Assembly: GCA_036630325.1 (NCBI GenBank)
Contig: CP142733.1
Coordinates: forward strand, 868,001 to 932,000
Direction: 5' to 3'
Source: Vairimorpha necatrix
Lineage: Eukaryota
DNA: 64,000 nt
Below are positions 10,413 to 19,770 of the stretch, piece after piece. How positions within the stretch are numbered: position 1 is the first letter of the stretch; every line of letters begins with the position of its first letter. The position numbers were made by a program, and so were the translations under genes. The notes beneath the pieces were generated by a model. That model did no database searches. It was given only the letters and a program-made list of their open reading frames with translations, and was not told the DNA's origin.

Positions 10413-11171
10413 ATGAAAAAATTCAGAATTATAAATTCTAATACTTCTAATTTCCCTGATAATGTCATTTGTAACATGAAATACAGATGGTATTCAATAA
10501 TCTTCTCTGTTTTACTAAACCAATTTGAATTCTTTTACAACTCATTTTTCTTTTTAATTTCCATATCTCAATGTATAGAAAAATTTGCTATAAATTCTCC
10601 TATTACTTCTTTAGGCCCATGGCTCCTTGTTTATTTCATTAATCTACTTAAAGAATCTTTTGATGATTATAAAAGAAACGAAAGAGATTATAATATAAAT
10701 AACCAAATGTATACTGTTTATAGAAATAAACAGTTTAGAAATATAAGATCTAAGAATATAAAAGTAGGAGATTTTATAATATTAGAAAAGAATCAACGTG
10801 TACCAGCAGACTGCTTGTTATTGAAGACTAGTGATCAAACAGGACAATTGTTTTTGAGAACTGATCAATTAGATGGAGAAACAGATTGGAAATTGAGGAC
10901 AGCTGTACGAATGATACAAAAAGAAACTTTTATTATTAATTTTAAAGATGTTAAAATTTTGGCGGAAGAACCAAATAAAGAGATTTATAAGTTTAATGGA
11001 GTTATAAGTAAAGAAGAAATAGATTTGAAAGGAATAAATTTAGAAGAACCGAGAAAAAAAGGATTTTTTGATTTAATAAAAAAACAAGAAGAGGAAGAAG
11101 GAGAAGTAGTAAATGAAGAAGTGTACAGTTTTATAACAAAAATAAAGACAGAAGGAATTATTAATAAAGAC
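10413..11171 (+). CDS. NEO1: P4-type ATPase (NEO1-like phospholipid flippase), 5' part, interrupted by an LTR element
   Basis: FPDNVICNMKY, TM1-2, VGDFI, RVPAD, TDQLDGETDWKLR. The frame continues into the LTR after codon GAC (11169-11171). Confidence 0.88.
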
Positions 11172-13604
11172 TGTGGACTGATGGTTTCCCATCAGTCCGA
11201 GAAGAATGTTTTAAACTATAATTTTTATTGTTCTTCATCTTCATACCCCAAGGGTATGATTTTCTTTTATATTTATAGGCGGGAAAATATTGTACATTTT
11301 CCCCCCATAAACATAGTTTGGTAAAGGAGGAGAATACTTATAGAATAGTATTCTCTAGTCTCCAGGGTAATCTTAGGACCACTGGAGATCTGTCACTTGA
11401 CACTCCCCCCTTCTTTAAAGGCTCCTAGGTTACCATTTGTTGACGCGTCTTCAAGTACTTCCAGTTAATAGCGAATGCGTCATTATTTAGGCTATATACT
11501 TTATAGACTCCCTCTATTCCAACCGTAGGAATAGTATATGACTTTTTCATTTTGTCAATTCCTTTCTTCTGAATGCTTATCGGTGGTTTTCGCTTTCGTA
11601 CTACGTCCCGAACTCTATGAACACTTAATTTCACATTGTCTTTAACTTTTTCCTTTTCATTTCTTGGTTTCTTCCGCGAGTAAGCGATAGATGTATAACG
11701 AAGCATTTCTTTTTCGTCGGAGTCTTTCCGCCATCCATTTATCATTTTAATAGATCTAAATTGTCTATTTATAAGCTCCGGCAGCATACTGCCCCTATAA
11801 ATTTTTTTCCTCCTTTTTTTGTGAGGTATATGTTCTCTGCCTTTCCCCCAGGTATTTAGCTGTAGGTATTTTAACTTCAATTCAAAGTTTGTCAATACGG
11901 GTGGATCATGTAATTTTTGTATTAAAGGATGTGGGTAAAACTCTTTTTTTTTACTTCTGTTAAGTTTTCCCTTGTCATTACAAATTACCATGTCACTGAA
12001 AGATGCTTTGATTGGAGCGACCGGGAGAGTAAACGTCGATACAGTTTCTTCCTTTCCAATTTTACTCAAAAGCACTTTGGGCTTGACTCTTATCGCTTCC
12101 CTTTGACCTAATGGTCTCCTATGTTGGATGCACTTAGATTCCGGACAATCCTTTAGCTCATCTATAACATTGCTACTACTAAAGCTTAAGTTTTGGTCTT
12201 TAATATGGAAAGCCTTCGAATGTACTATGGCAAGTTTATAACTTTTTTCTTTTCCTTCTTGAAAGTAATTTTCTTTTACAATGTCTGTTAGATGTGTTTC
12301 GGATATTTTTCCCGTTGTGCAGACAGATTTCGTTGCTATAGCGCCATCTATTTTATCAAACCTTTTAAGTAGATTTAGTTTCTTGGCATCTACTATGCCA
12401 ATTATAAAGTCTTCCGGTAATTTATCTATTACGTAAGCCTCGATCATTTCATTTTTCTTGATCTTGGGCCTCTTTATAAAGACTTGTATTTTTCCTCCTG
12501 ATTTGACCTGGCCCCCTATTCCTTCAACCGTAAGAGTTTCTTTTGTTGGCTTTAATTTTAGTTTTTGAATCATTGTTTTACTAATGAGATTCACTTGAGA
12601 TCCGGTATCAATAAGAGCGGAAAATTTTATCGTTCCCGAATATAGATTTATCCTCGGGCGGATATCTTGTAGTTTAGTAGTCGATTTCATTTCTCCTATC
12701 CTTAAAAGCATGGCAGAATTTACTTGTTCTGCTTTTTCTTCAAAAATTTTATTATCTTTTTTTTCTCGTATGATAGCTTCATAAGATGGTTTTCTACTAA
12801 ATGTTTTCTTTTTGTTTAAATGATAATTTATAAGAGTTTGTTTGTTCTCAACTAATTCCAGCAATTCCAACCAATCTTTCGTTTCTTTAATAGGCTCCTT
12901 CAACTTATCAGGGGAGTTCCTTCCTATAGAAATCTTTGATCTGGCAAAATATTCAGGGTTTCCTTTTGCATATCTTTTGAGGTCATAAGCGTAATTTAAA
13001 ATGTCGCTTTCCTTTGGACCTTCCACATATAAATGCATGAACCTATCTGCTATATCTTCTGTTAGTTTCTCTTTTAAATACTTTTTTTTAAACTGGGTTT
13101 TGAATGAATCATAGTCTGTAATTTCATCACCCTCGAACGCTTTGAACCATGTTAACGCTTTGCCTTTAAGTTTAGATTTGGCAATATCTAGCGTTTTATC
13201 TTGCGTATACACATCCTCAATTTCGCGGAACTGAGTTAAAAAATCTTCGGCTTGTTTTAAAGTTTCGCCGTTAAATTCTGTCCACCTATTTCTCAGACAT
13301 ATTTTTTCCATGTGCGTGATGAGACTATTAAAGTGATCGTTCAAATCCTCGTCACCGTTACCACCATTGTGGACTGATGGTTTCCCATCAGTCCGAGAAG
13401 AATGTTTTAGACTAATATTTTTATTATTCTTCATCTTCATCTTCATACCCCAAGGGTATGATTTTCTTTTATATTTATAGGCGGGAAAATATTGTACATT
13501 TTCCCCCCATAAACATAGTTTGGTAAAGGAGGAGAATACTTATAGAATAGTATTCTCTAGTCTCCAGGGTAATCTTAGGACCACTGGAGATCTGTCACTT
13601 GACA
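11172..13604 (-). mobile_element. Non-autonomous LTR retrotransposon (element B, 2433 bp) inserted in the NEO1-like gene
   Basis: LTRs at 11172-11402 (231 bp) and 13368-13604 (237 bp) with TG...CA ends. TSD AAGAC (11167-11171, 13605-13609). Minus-strand PBS TGGTGGTAACGG. PPT AAGAAGGGGGGAG. Confidence 0.96.
11425..13446 (-). CDS. Gag + aspartic protease + degenerate RT fragment + integrase-C-terminal-like tail
   Basis: Gag-like LKGKALTWF...DYDSFKTQF. Protease ALIDTGSQVNLI and DFIIG. RT-like remnants ICNDKGKLN, YPHPLI, ELKLKYLQL. No YxDD, RNase H or DDE core. Confidence 0.85.
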   Translation of the reverse strand: MKMKMKNNKNISLKHSSRTDGKPSVHNGGNGDEDLNDHFNSLITHMEKICLRNRWTEFNGETLKQAEDFLTQFREIEDVYTQDKTLDIAKSKLKGKALTWFKAFEGDEITDYDSFKTQFKKKYLKEKLTEDIADRFMHLYVEGPKESDILNYAYDLKRYAKGNPEYFARSKISIGRNSPDKLKEPIKETKDWLELLELVENKQTLINYHLNKKKTFSRKPSYEAIIREKKDNKIFEEKAEQVNSAMLLRIGEMKSTTKLQDIRPRINLYSGTIKFSALIDTGSQVNLISKTMIQKLKLKPTKETLTVEGIGGQVKSGGKIQVFIKRPKIKKNEMIEAYVIDKLPEDFIIGIVDAKKLNLLKRFDKIDGAIATKSVCTTGKISETHLTDIVKENYFQEGKEKSYKLAIVHSKAFHIKDQNLSFSSSNVIDELKDCPESKCIQHRRPLGQREAIRVKPKVLLSKIGKEETVSTFTLPVAPIKASFSDMVICNDKGKLNRSKKKEFYPHPLIQKLHDPPVLTNFELKLKYLQLNTWGKGREHIPHKKRRKKIYRGSMLPELINRQFRSIKMINGWRKDSDEKEMLRYTSIAYSRKKPRNEKEKVKDNVKLSVHRVRDVVRKRKPPISIQKKGIDKMKKSYTIPTVGIEGVYKVYSLNNDAFAINWKYLKTRQQMVT

Positions 13605-13790
13605 AAGACAATTGTAAAAATGATTTCAAAGACAATTGTAAAGATAATTGTAAAAATGATTTCAAAGAGGTGAACAAAGAGGTGAACAAAGATGATTACA
13701 AAGAGGTGAACAAGCTAGTCAATGTCAATGAAGACAATACTAAAGATAATTATAAAGATTATAAAAATATTTATAAAGATGATCATAAAG
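13605..13790 (+). repeat. Coding tandem repeats (KDNC/KNDF/KEVN units) in a low-complexity loop of the ATPase A-domain
   Basis: Repeated 12-bp units such as AAAGACAATTGT and AAAGAGGTGAAC. Confidence 0.75.
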
Positions 13791-16117
13791 AAGGACTCTC
13801 ACTTGAAAATATGCTTTGGATGAACACAGTAGTCGCAACTTGCTCAGCTTTGTGCTGCGTAATTTACACTGGAAATGACACTAGGGCAATGTTAAACACC
13901 TCAAAACCAAGAAATAAAGTAGGGTCATTTGACAATGAACTAAATACTTATAGTAAGTTCCTAGGAGCAAGTAGTATCATAATTGCTGCTTTCTTCGCTT
14001 ATATGAAAGGTTTCTCTTCTAATGGTCCAGTGGCCTTTGTTAGATTTCTAGTCTTATTTTCTTCTATAATTCCAATATCTTTAAAAACAACAATAGACAT
14101 GGCGAAATATGTCTACTCTTACTCAATCTCAAATGATACGAAGATTCCTAATACTATAGTAAGGAATTCTTCAATTCCTGAGGAATTAGGAAGAATTTCT
14201 TATTTTTTAACTGACAAAACAGGCACTTTAACAAAAAATGAAATGGAAATGAAAAAAGTCCATTTGGGCACTTCTGCCTTTACACAAGATTTAAATGAAG
14301 AAATTTCCAAGAAATTGGCGAAATATTCAAGTAAGAAAAATGAAAAATCAAATATTTTTAGTAGAAATAAAAAAGATATAAATCATAGATTATATGAATT
14401 AGTAGAAGGATTATGTGTTTGTCATAATGTTTCACCTGTAATTGATCAGAATACGATTTCTTATCAAGCTTCATCTCCTGATGAAGTGGCTATAGTAAAA
14501 TGGACAGAAAGTGTAGGAATGAAATTATTTAGAAGAGATAAAGAGACTATTACGATATTAGACTCATTAAATGATGAATTAGTTTATGAAATATTAGAAA
14601 TATTCCCATTTACTAGTGAAACAAAAAGGATGGGAATTATAGTAAAAAAACTTAATAATTATGAGTCATCAGAAATATTTTTTATTTTAAAAGGTGCGGA
14701 TGTAGTAATGAATAAAATAATTCAATATACAGATTGGGTAGAAGAAGAAACAGAGAATATGGCTAGAGAAGGATTAAGGACACTTGTTATAGGAAAGAGA
14801 ATATTGACTGAAAGTCAATATTCTCTTTTTAAAAATGAATATGAAAAAGCCAAATCAAGTATAAGTAATAGAAATGAAAATATAAATAAAGCTATGGAAA
14901 TTATAGAAACAGACTTGACAGTCTTGGGCCTTACAGGCGTAGAAGACAAATTACAAGATAAAGTGAAAATATCTTTAGAAAATCTTAAGAATGCAGGTAT
15001 AAAAATCTGGATGTTAACAGGGGACAAAATAGAGACGGCGATTTCTATCGCCGCCTCTTCTAAAATATTTGATAAAACTACAGAATATAAAATTATAACA
15101 GAAGATGATTTAGATTTATTAGACAAAGGGGTGTTTAAAAGATTAGACGCTTTAGTTATAGACGGGAATACATTGAATATTGTCATGGAGAAATGTTTTA
15201 ATAAATTTATAGAAGCTTGTTTAGATTTAAAAAGTCTCATAGGCTGTAGATTTAGTCCAACTCAAAAGGCTTTAGTGGCTAGAGCCTTAAGGCTCCAAAG
15301 TAAGAAAATTGTCTGTTGTATTGGCGACGGGGGAAATGATGTGTCAATGATTTTAGAAGCGAATGTTGGTGTGGGAATAGTAGGGAAAGAAGGAAATCAG
15401 GCTTCTCTTGCCGCAGATTTCTCTATAGAGAAATTCTGCTTTGTCATGGACTTATTTTTCTGGCATGGTAGGAATTCTTATTCTAATTCTGTCTCAATTA
15501 CTTATCTAATTATTCATAGAGGAACAATCTTGTCAGTTTTACAAGGACTCTTTTGTGCTCTTATTAATTTTATACCTTTTAATATTTATCATGGTTATAT
15601 TTTAGTCGCTTTCATTTCTTGTTACACTTTCTTCCCAATTTTCAGTACTGTCTTTTCTCTTGATGTGTCAAGGGAAGTTACAGACATGTTCCCTGAATTG
15701 TATAAAGAATTAGTTGATAATCCTTTATTGACTATAGGAGAATTCTTATTATGGAATTTCATGTCTTTTTATCAAGGTACAATTATAATGTTATTTATGA
15801 TTTATAGATTTGAAAGAGAATTATTTTCTATAAGTACTTTGACTTTTACAAGTCTAATAATCAATGAAATATTAATGGTATTTCTTACTACTCCGAGGAT
15901 TAGTAAACATACTATTATGGCGTGTGTCATGTCTTTATTCTTTTATTTACTTTCATTCGTATTGTTCCGTGATTTGTTTTATATAAATATGGGATTTTTT
16001 CAATTTATAAGAGAGGTGTTAATAGCCAATTTGATAGCGATAGTGCCAAAGATATTGACAAAGGGAGTGAAGTATTGGAAACCGAGTAGTAGTAGCAAAT
16101 TAGAGAGTCGTGTGTGA
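13610..16117 (+). CDS. NEO1: P4-type ATPase (NEO1-like), 3' part
   Basis: YTGNDTR, IIPISL, PEELG, DKTGTLT, SPDE, KGAD, GLRTL, TGDK, GDGGND, C-terminal TM helices. Joins the 5' part in frame (..INKD|NCKN..) when the element and one TSD are removed. Confidence 0.92.
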   Translation, partial: NCKNDFKDNCKDNCKNDFKEVNKEVNKDDYKEVNKLVNVNEDNTKDNYKDYKNIYKDDHKEGLSLENMLWMNTVVATCSALCCVIYTGNDTRAMLNTSKPRNKVGSFDNELNTYSKFLGASSIIIAAFFAYMKGFSSNGPVAFVRFLVLFSSIIPISLKTTIDMAKYVYSYSISNDTKIPNTIVRNSSIPEELGRISYFLTDKTGTLTKNEMEMKKVHLGTSAFTQDLNEEISKKLAKYSSKKNEKSNIFSRNKKDINHRLYELVEGLCVCHNVSPVIDQNTISYQASSPDEVAIVKWTESVGMKLFRRDKETITILDSLNDELVYEILEIFPFTSETKRMGIIVKKLNNYESSEIFFILKGADVVMNKIIQYTDWVEEETENMAREGLRTLVIGKRILTESQYSLFKNEYEKAKSSISNRNENINKAMEIIETDLTVLGLTGVEDKLQDKVKISLENLKNAGIKIWMLTGDKIETAISIAASSKIFDKTTEYKIITEDDLDLLDKGVFKRLDALVIDGNTLNIVMEKCFNKFIEACLDLKSLIGCRFSPTQKALVARALRLQSKKIVCCIGDGGNDVSMILEANVGVGIVGKEGNQASLAADFSIEKFCFVMDLFFWHGRNSYSNSVSITYLIIHRGTILSVLQGLFCALINFIPFNIYHGYILVAFISCYTFFPIFSTVFSLDVSREVTDMFPELYKELVDNPLLTIGEFLLWNFMSFYQGTIIMLFMIYRFERELFSISTLTFTSLIINEILMVFLTTPRISKHTIMACVMSLFFYLLSFVLFRDLFYINMGFFQFIREVLIANLIAIVPKILTKGVKYWKPSSSSKLESRV

Positions 16118-16354
16118 CGAATTAAAAAATTAAAAAAATTTTTAAATTTCATTTTTTTATATTAGTTTAAAAAATTTTAAAATGTCAACAATATTGAATC
16201 AAAATACATGTTTTTATTATGATTTATAGAGACATGTTTTTATTATGATTTATGAAGATGATTTATAGAGATCTGTAGATAAAGGCATTCTACAAAATCA
16301 AACTAAAAAAAACAAATCAAACTAAGAAAGAAATATTATAAAAATAAATCAAAT

Positions 16355-17195
16355 GGAGGAAGGATCCGAAAGACCCCCCCCTCAGAGGGTGTTCACTTTA
16401 TTTTTTTGAACCCCAAAATTGAGGTGCAAAATAAAGGAGGAGCAAAAAAGAGACAAAAATTACTAAGCACTTATGACATTAAAAATAACAAATAAATATA
16501 TGCTTGTATACAAAAATTAATTTTAAATGTAGTTCTAATAATCATTTAAAGTGTTGTATCTTTTTTGCCCTTCTTATTTTTCTAAATTTTTTTTTAATTA
16601 TTGGTTTATTATAAAAGTAGATTTTTGAAGAAAATCTACTTTTATAATAAACCAGTAATTAAAATTATAAATATTTTTTATATAAGAAAATTTAAATAAA
16701 TGTTCAACGATCTATACAGATTGTTAAATCAAAAAAATTAATTTGAAAGATGCTAAGTTATTTAGAATTATGTAGTTTTATGATTATCTTCTTTTTTTAA
16801 ATTAAATTTCGTATACAAATATATAATTATTTGGTATTTTTACTGTTATAAAATGCAAGTAATTTGAGTGCTAATGATTGCTCCTCCTTTATTTTACACT
16901 TCGTTTTGGGGGTTCAAAATAATAAAGTGAACACCCCCAGAGAGGAGCATTTTGGTCCCCAATTCCAATAAATCAGAAGGGTAAAAACTGCTTATCAATT
17001 GTTATAAATATACAAACTTAAATTAAAATATAATTCTGTACATAAACGTATGTTTATTTCTTGTTTTTAATGTAATAAGTGCTTAGTAATTTTTGTCTCT
17101 TCTTTGCTCCTCCTTTATTTTGCACTTCAATTTTGGGGTTCGAAAAAATAAAGTGAACACCCTCTGAGGGGGGGGGTGTTTGGGCATCTTCGGCC
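16355..17195. mobile_element. Non-autonomous TIR element (MITE), Merlin-like ends
   Basis: About 140-bp imperfect inverted repeats, GG...CC termini, exact 8-bp TSD AATCAAAT (16347-16354, 17196-17203). Third decayed TIR copy at about 16880-16965. Central palindrome at about 16592-16664. Confidence 0.85.
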
Positions 17196-17232
17196 AATCA
17201 AATAAATATTATTATTATAAATTATTTAATTT

Positions 17233-17622
17233 TTATATTATCACATCTTTGGGTACTAGATAATATTTCACTTCACATATTTTATTACACTCCCCATCTC
17301 CAAATTCCACTACTGTATCATTTTCCACTTCTACTGCGTCTAGTCTGATAATTTCCCCATTTATTCTCAAACCCACTGTGTCATCCTCAAAGACAAGGAA
17401 ATCTGCCTTCTCTACATCGTAAGGAATATTCAAAATAATATTGTCACCAGGATTATATTTATAAACTGAATCATGAGACTGTAACTGAATGGGAGGAAAC
17501 TTGCCCTTGACTAATTGTGTATCTTGAGGAACAGGAATATCTTCGTGTTTGACTTCTTCTATCTTCTGAGTAGGGATTTTGGGCTCAAAAGTCATTTTCT
17601 TTACAGACTTCTTTTTATTCAT
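17233..17622 (-). CDS. Probable RNA polymerase III subunit RPC4/RPC53 (reduced)
   Basis: KKMTFEPKIP N-terminal motif and FLVFEDDTVGLRING C-terminal pattern resemble Rpc4. CCCC upstream. Confidence 0.55.
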   Translation of the reverse strand: MNKKKSVKKMTFEPKIPTQKIEEVKHEDIPVPQDTQLVKGKFPPIQLQSHDSVYKYNPGDNIILNIPYDVEKADFLVFEDDTVGLRINGEIIRLDAVEVENDTVVEFGDGECNKICEVKYYLVPKDVII

Positions 17623-17697
17623 AAAAACTAATTCTAGGGGTGTATTTTATAGAATATGATCTGAAGTCTAATTTAGAAATAAATTCATTTATACTAA

Positions 17698-17770
17698 GTG
17701 ACCTTAGTGTAGTGGTTATCACGTTTGTCTAACACGCAGAAGGTCCCCAGTTCGAGCCTGGGAGATCACA
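17698..17770 (+). tRNA. tRNA-Val(AAC)
   Basis: Acceptor GTGACCT/AGATCAC (one mismatch), D-loop AGTGGTTA, anticodon loop CT-AAC-AC, T-loop GTTCGAG, discriminator A, followed by a T-run. Confidence 0.93.
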
Positions 17771-18109
17771 TTTTTTAGAAAAAAAAATATAAACTAATTT
17801 GAATATAATGTACTACTAGTACTTATAATTAAGAAAGTGGAATAAATTTATTATTTTCTTTATCCTAATTGATCTTTATTTATGAACTACTTAAAGTTAC
17901 AGTATAATGAAATACATTCTTATTAAAATTAAACACTTGCCAGATGGTCTCTCCTTAGGGATGTCTAAAAAGAGCACAATTATAAAAAAAATATTAGAAA
18001 ACTTATATAAGAAATAATATTTAGTCAAAAATGTTTTTATTTTTGACTGAGATTGTCGTTATTCGTAAAATTTTGCTATTTCAAAATTAATCCTCTTAAT
18101 AGCTTTAGC

Positions 18110-18196
18110 GTAGTTTAGTTTTGTAGTCGTAGTTTGATTTTGTAGTCGTAGTTGGTTTTGTAATCGTATTTTAGTTTTGTAGTCGTAGTTTGGTTA
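18110..18196. repeat. Tandem repeat, about 18-bp unit, 4-5 copies
   Basis: TTTTGTAGTCGTAGTTTG and variants. Confidence 0.8.
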
Positions 18197-18949
18197 CGCG
18201 GGTAACAACCCCCTCTCGAAAAATTTCTTTTATATTTTATTTTTAATTTAGATTTTGTTTCAAACTTCAAAATGCAAACATTGGTGTATTTCCGAATGTA
18301 AAACCAACCATGCAACTTCTGTTTGTTTGTTTGTATGACACATTTTGACAGGCGCAGGAGATAATTGACTGCTCTCCAATATGAAGTCAATAACATCACA
18401 GTGTTCAAAGCACTAGAGCGTGTTTGAAAATATTTATAAAAGTATTTAGATTTGAATTTTAGATGTATAGGCAAAATTTGATGGATTTTAATTAGTTCAT
18501 TAAGAAAAGCCCGCCGAAGTATAAAAGAAAATTTGAAAAAAAATAGCCCTTAAAAGGAGAAATCAAAATGAATAAATTTATTGTAAAATAATAAAAAAAA
18601 AGTATTAAAAAGGGATGATTAAAAATAATATTAAGTTATTGTGTTTTAAGTATATATTTCTTTGTTTTGACTTCTGGTCTTATAAATGTATATATTATTA
18701 ATAAAAATGCTTTATTCTTTTTATACATCATAGCTCAAATAAACTTAAGTGTTTGATTTTAATTATCAGTTTAAGGAAGAATAAAAATAGTTGTAAAAAG
18801 TATGTCAAGTAATATTCTCTCTTTCATATGATCATAACGGAAAGGCCTTTATGAAATAATTTGTTATATAATAGATAAGAAGTTCTTTATTGTAGATATA
18901 CTATAATCACGACATAAAACTCATTATAATAGTTAAATAATTATTTACT

Positions 18950-19770
18950 TTACAAATATATACAAATAAAGTAAGAATTTGATGCAAAGGATTGTATATT
19001 TTAGTTTGTTGAAAGCTCTTGGGAATTGTTAAATACATAAAATCTTATTTTGGGCTCTAATTAGACACTATGTAATGCTTGATGTATATCAAACTCATCA
19101 TATTTTGCATTTAATATTTGTAAGATTGAATACGGTTAAAACTTTTCGTATGTTTCATATTTTTGATTTGATAAGAAGAAAATAAGCAAATAAATAAAAG
19201 TATATTCATCAATAAAAATTAATAAAGGACTAAATAGAAGAGTAAAGTTTTCTATCGATTCCTAAGAATTTCTAATTTAAGACGTCGTTTATATTTTTCA
19301 GACCAGAATGCTATTATTAGTTCTTCGCACTAAAAAAATAATCATAGTGCAAGACTTCAAATCCTGATCTTGTCAGTAATAACTCGTTAGAAATGTCGTA
19401 CTTATTAGAATAGCTAAAATTTTGAACTAAATCATATGTATTTCTAATTCTTCTCTTTATGTTACTTATACTTGGAAGTAATTGTCTTTCTGAATCATCT
19501 TGCATTGATGTTGTTTAAAAAATAATTTCATTTTAAATTTTCTGCTTGTAAGCTATATCTTTTTTTGCAAATGGTATTTAGAATAGTACTTAATTCTTCC
19601 TGAGTATGTTCTTGATAAATGAATATTTCATCTGATATTATATTAACGCTTATACTTTCATTGTAATAATCAAAGTAAGATGCCATTCTATTAAAAAAGC
19701 CCGGGGGGTTTAAAGTAGTTTAACCCTTTGTATAGCTTCCCGTTGTTTAATTTTTATACTTTCATTTTAA
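18950..19770 (-). pseudogene. Degenerate Mutator-like transposase remnant (boundaries approximate)
   Basis: Fragments LPSISNIKRRIR, ELLLTRSGFEVLHYD, AYFLL, ETYEK in broken frames. Confidence 0.4.

Noticed and set aside
13520-13609. ORF-track start of the 865-aa ATPase
   Set aside because: It is a TTG inside the LTR, and the first 30 codons are LTR/TSD-derived.
11172-13609. Element B removed as an intron or read through in frame
   Set aside because: The inserted length of 2438 bp is not a multiple of 3, the ends are not GT...AG, and an in-frame stop occurs at 11324.
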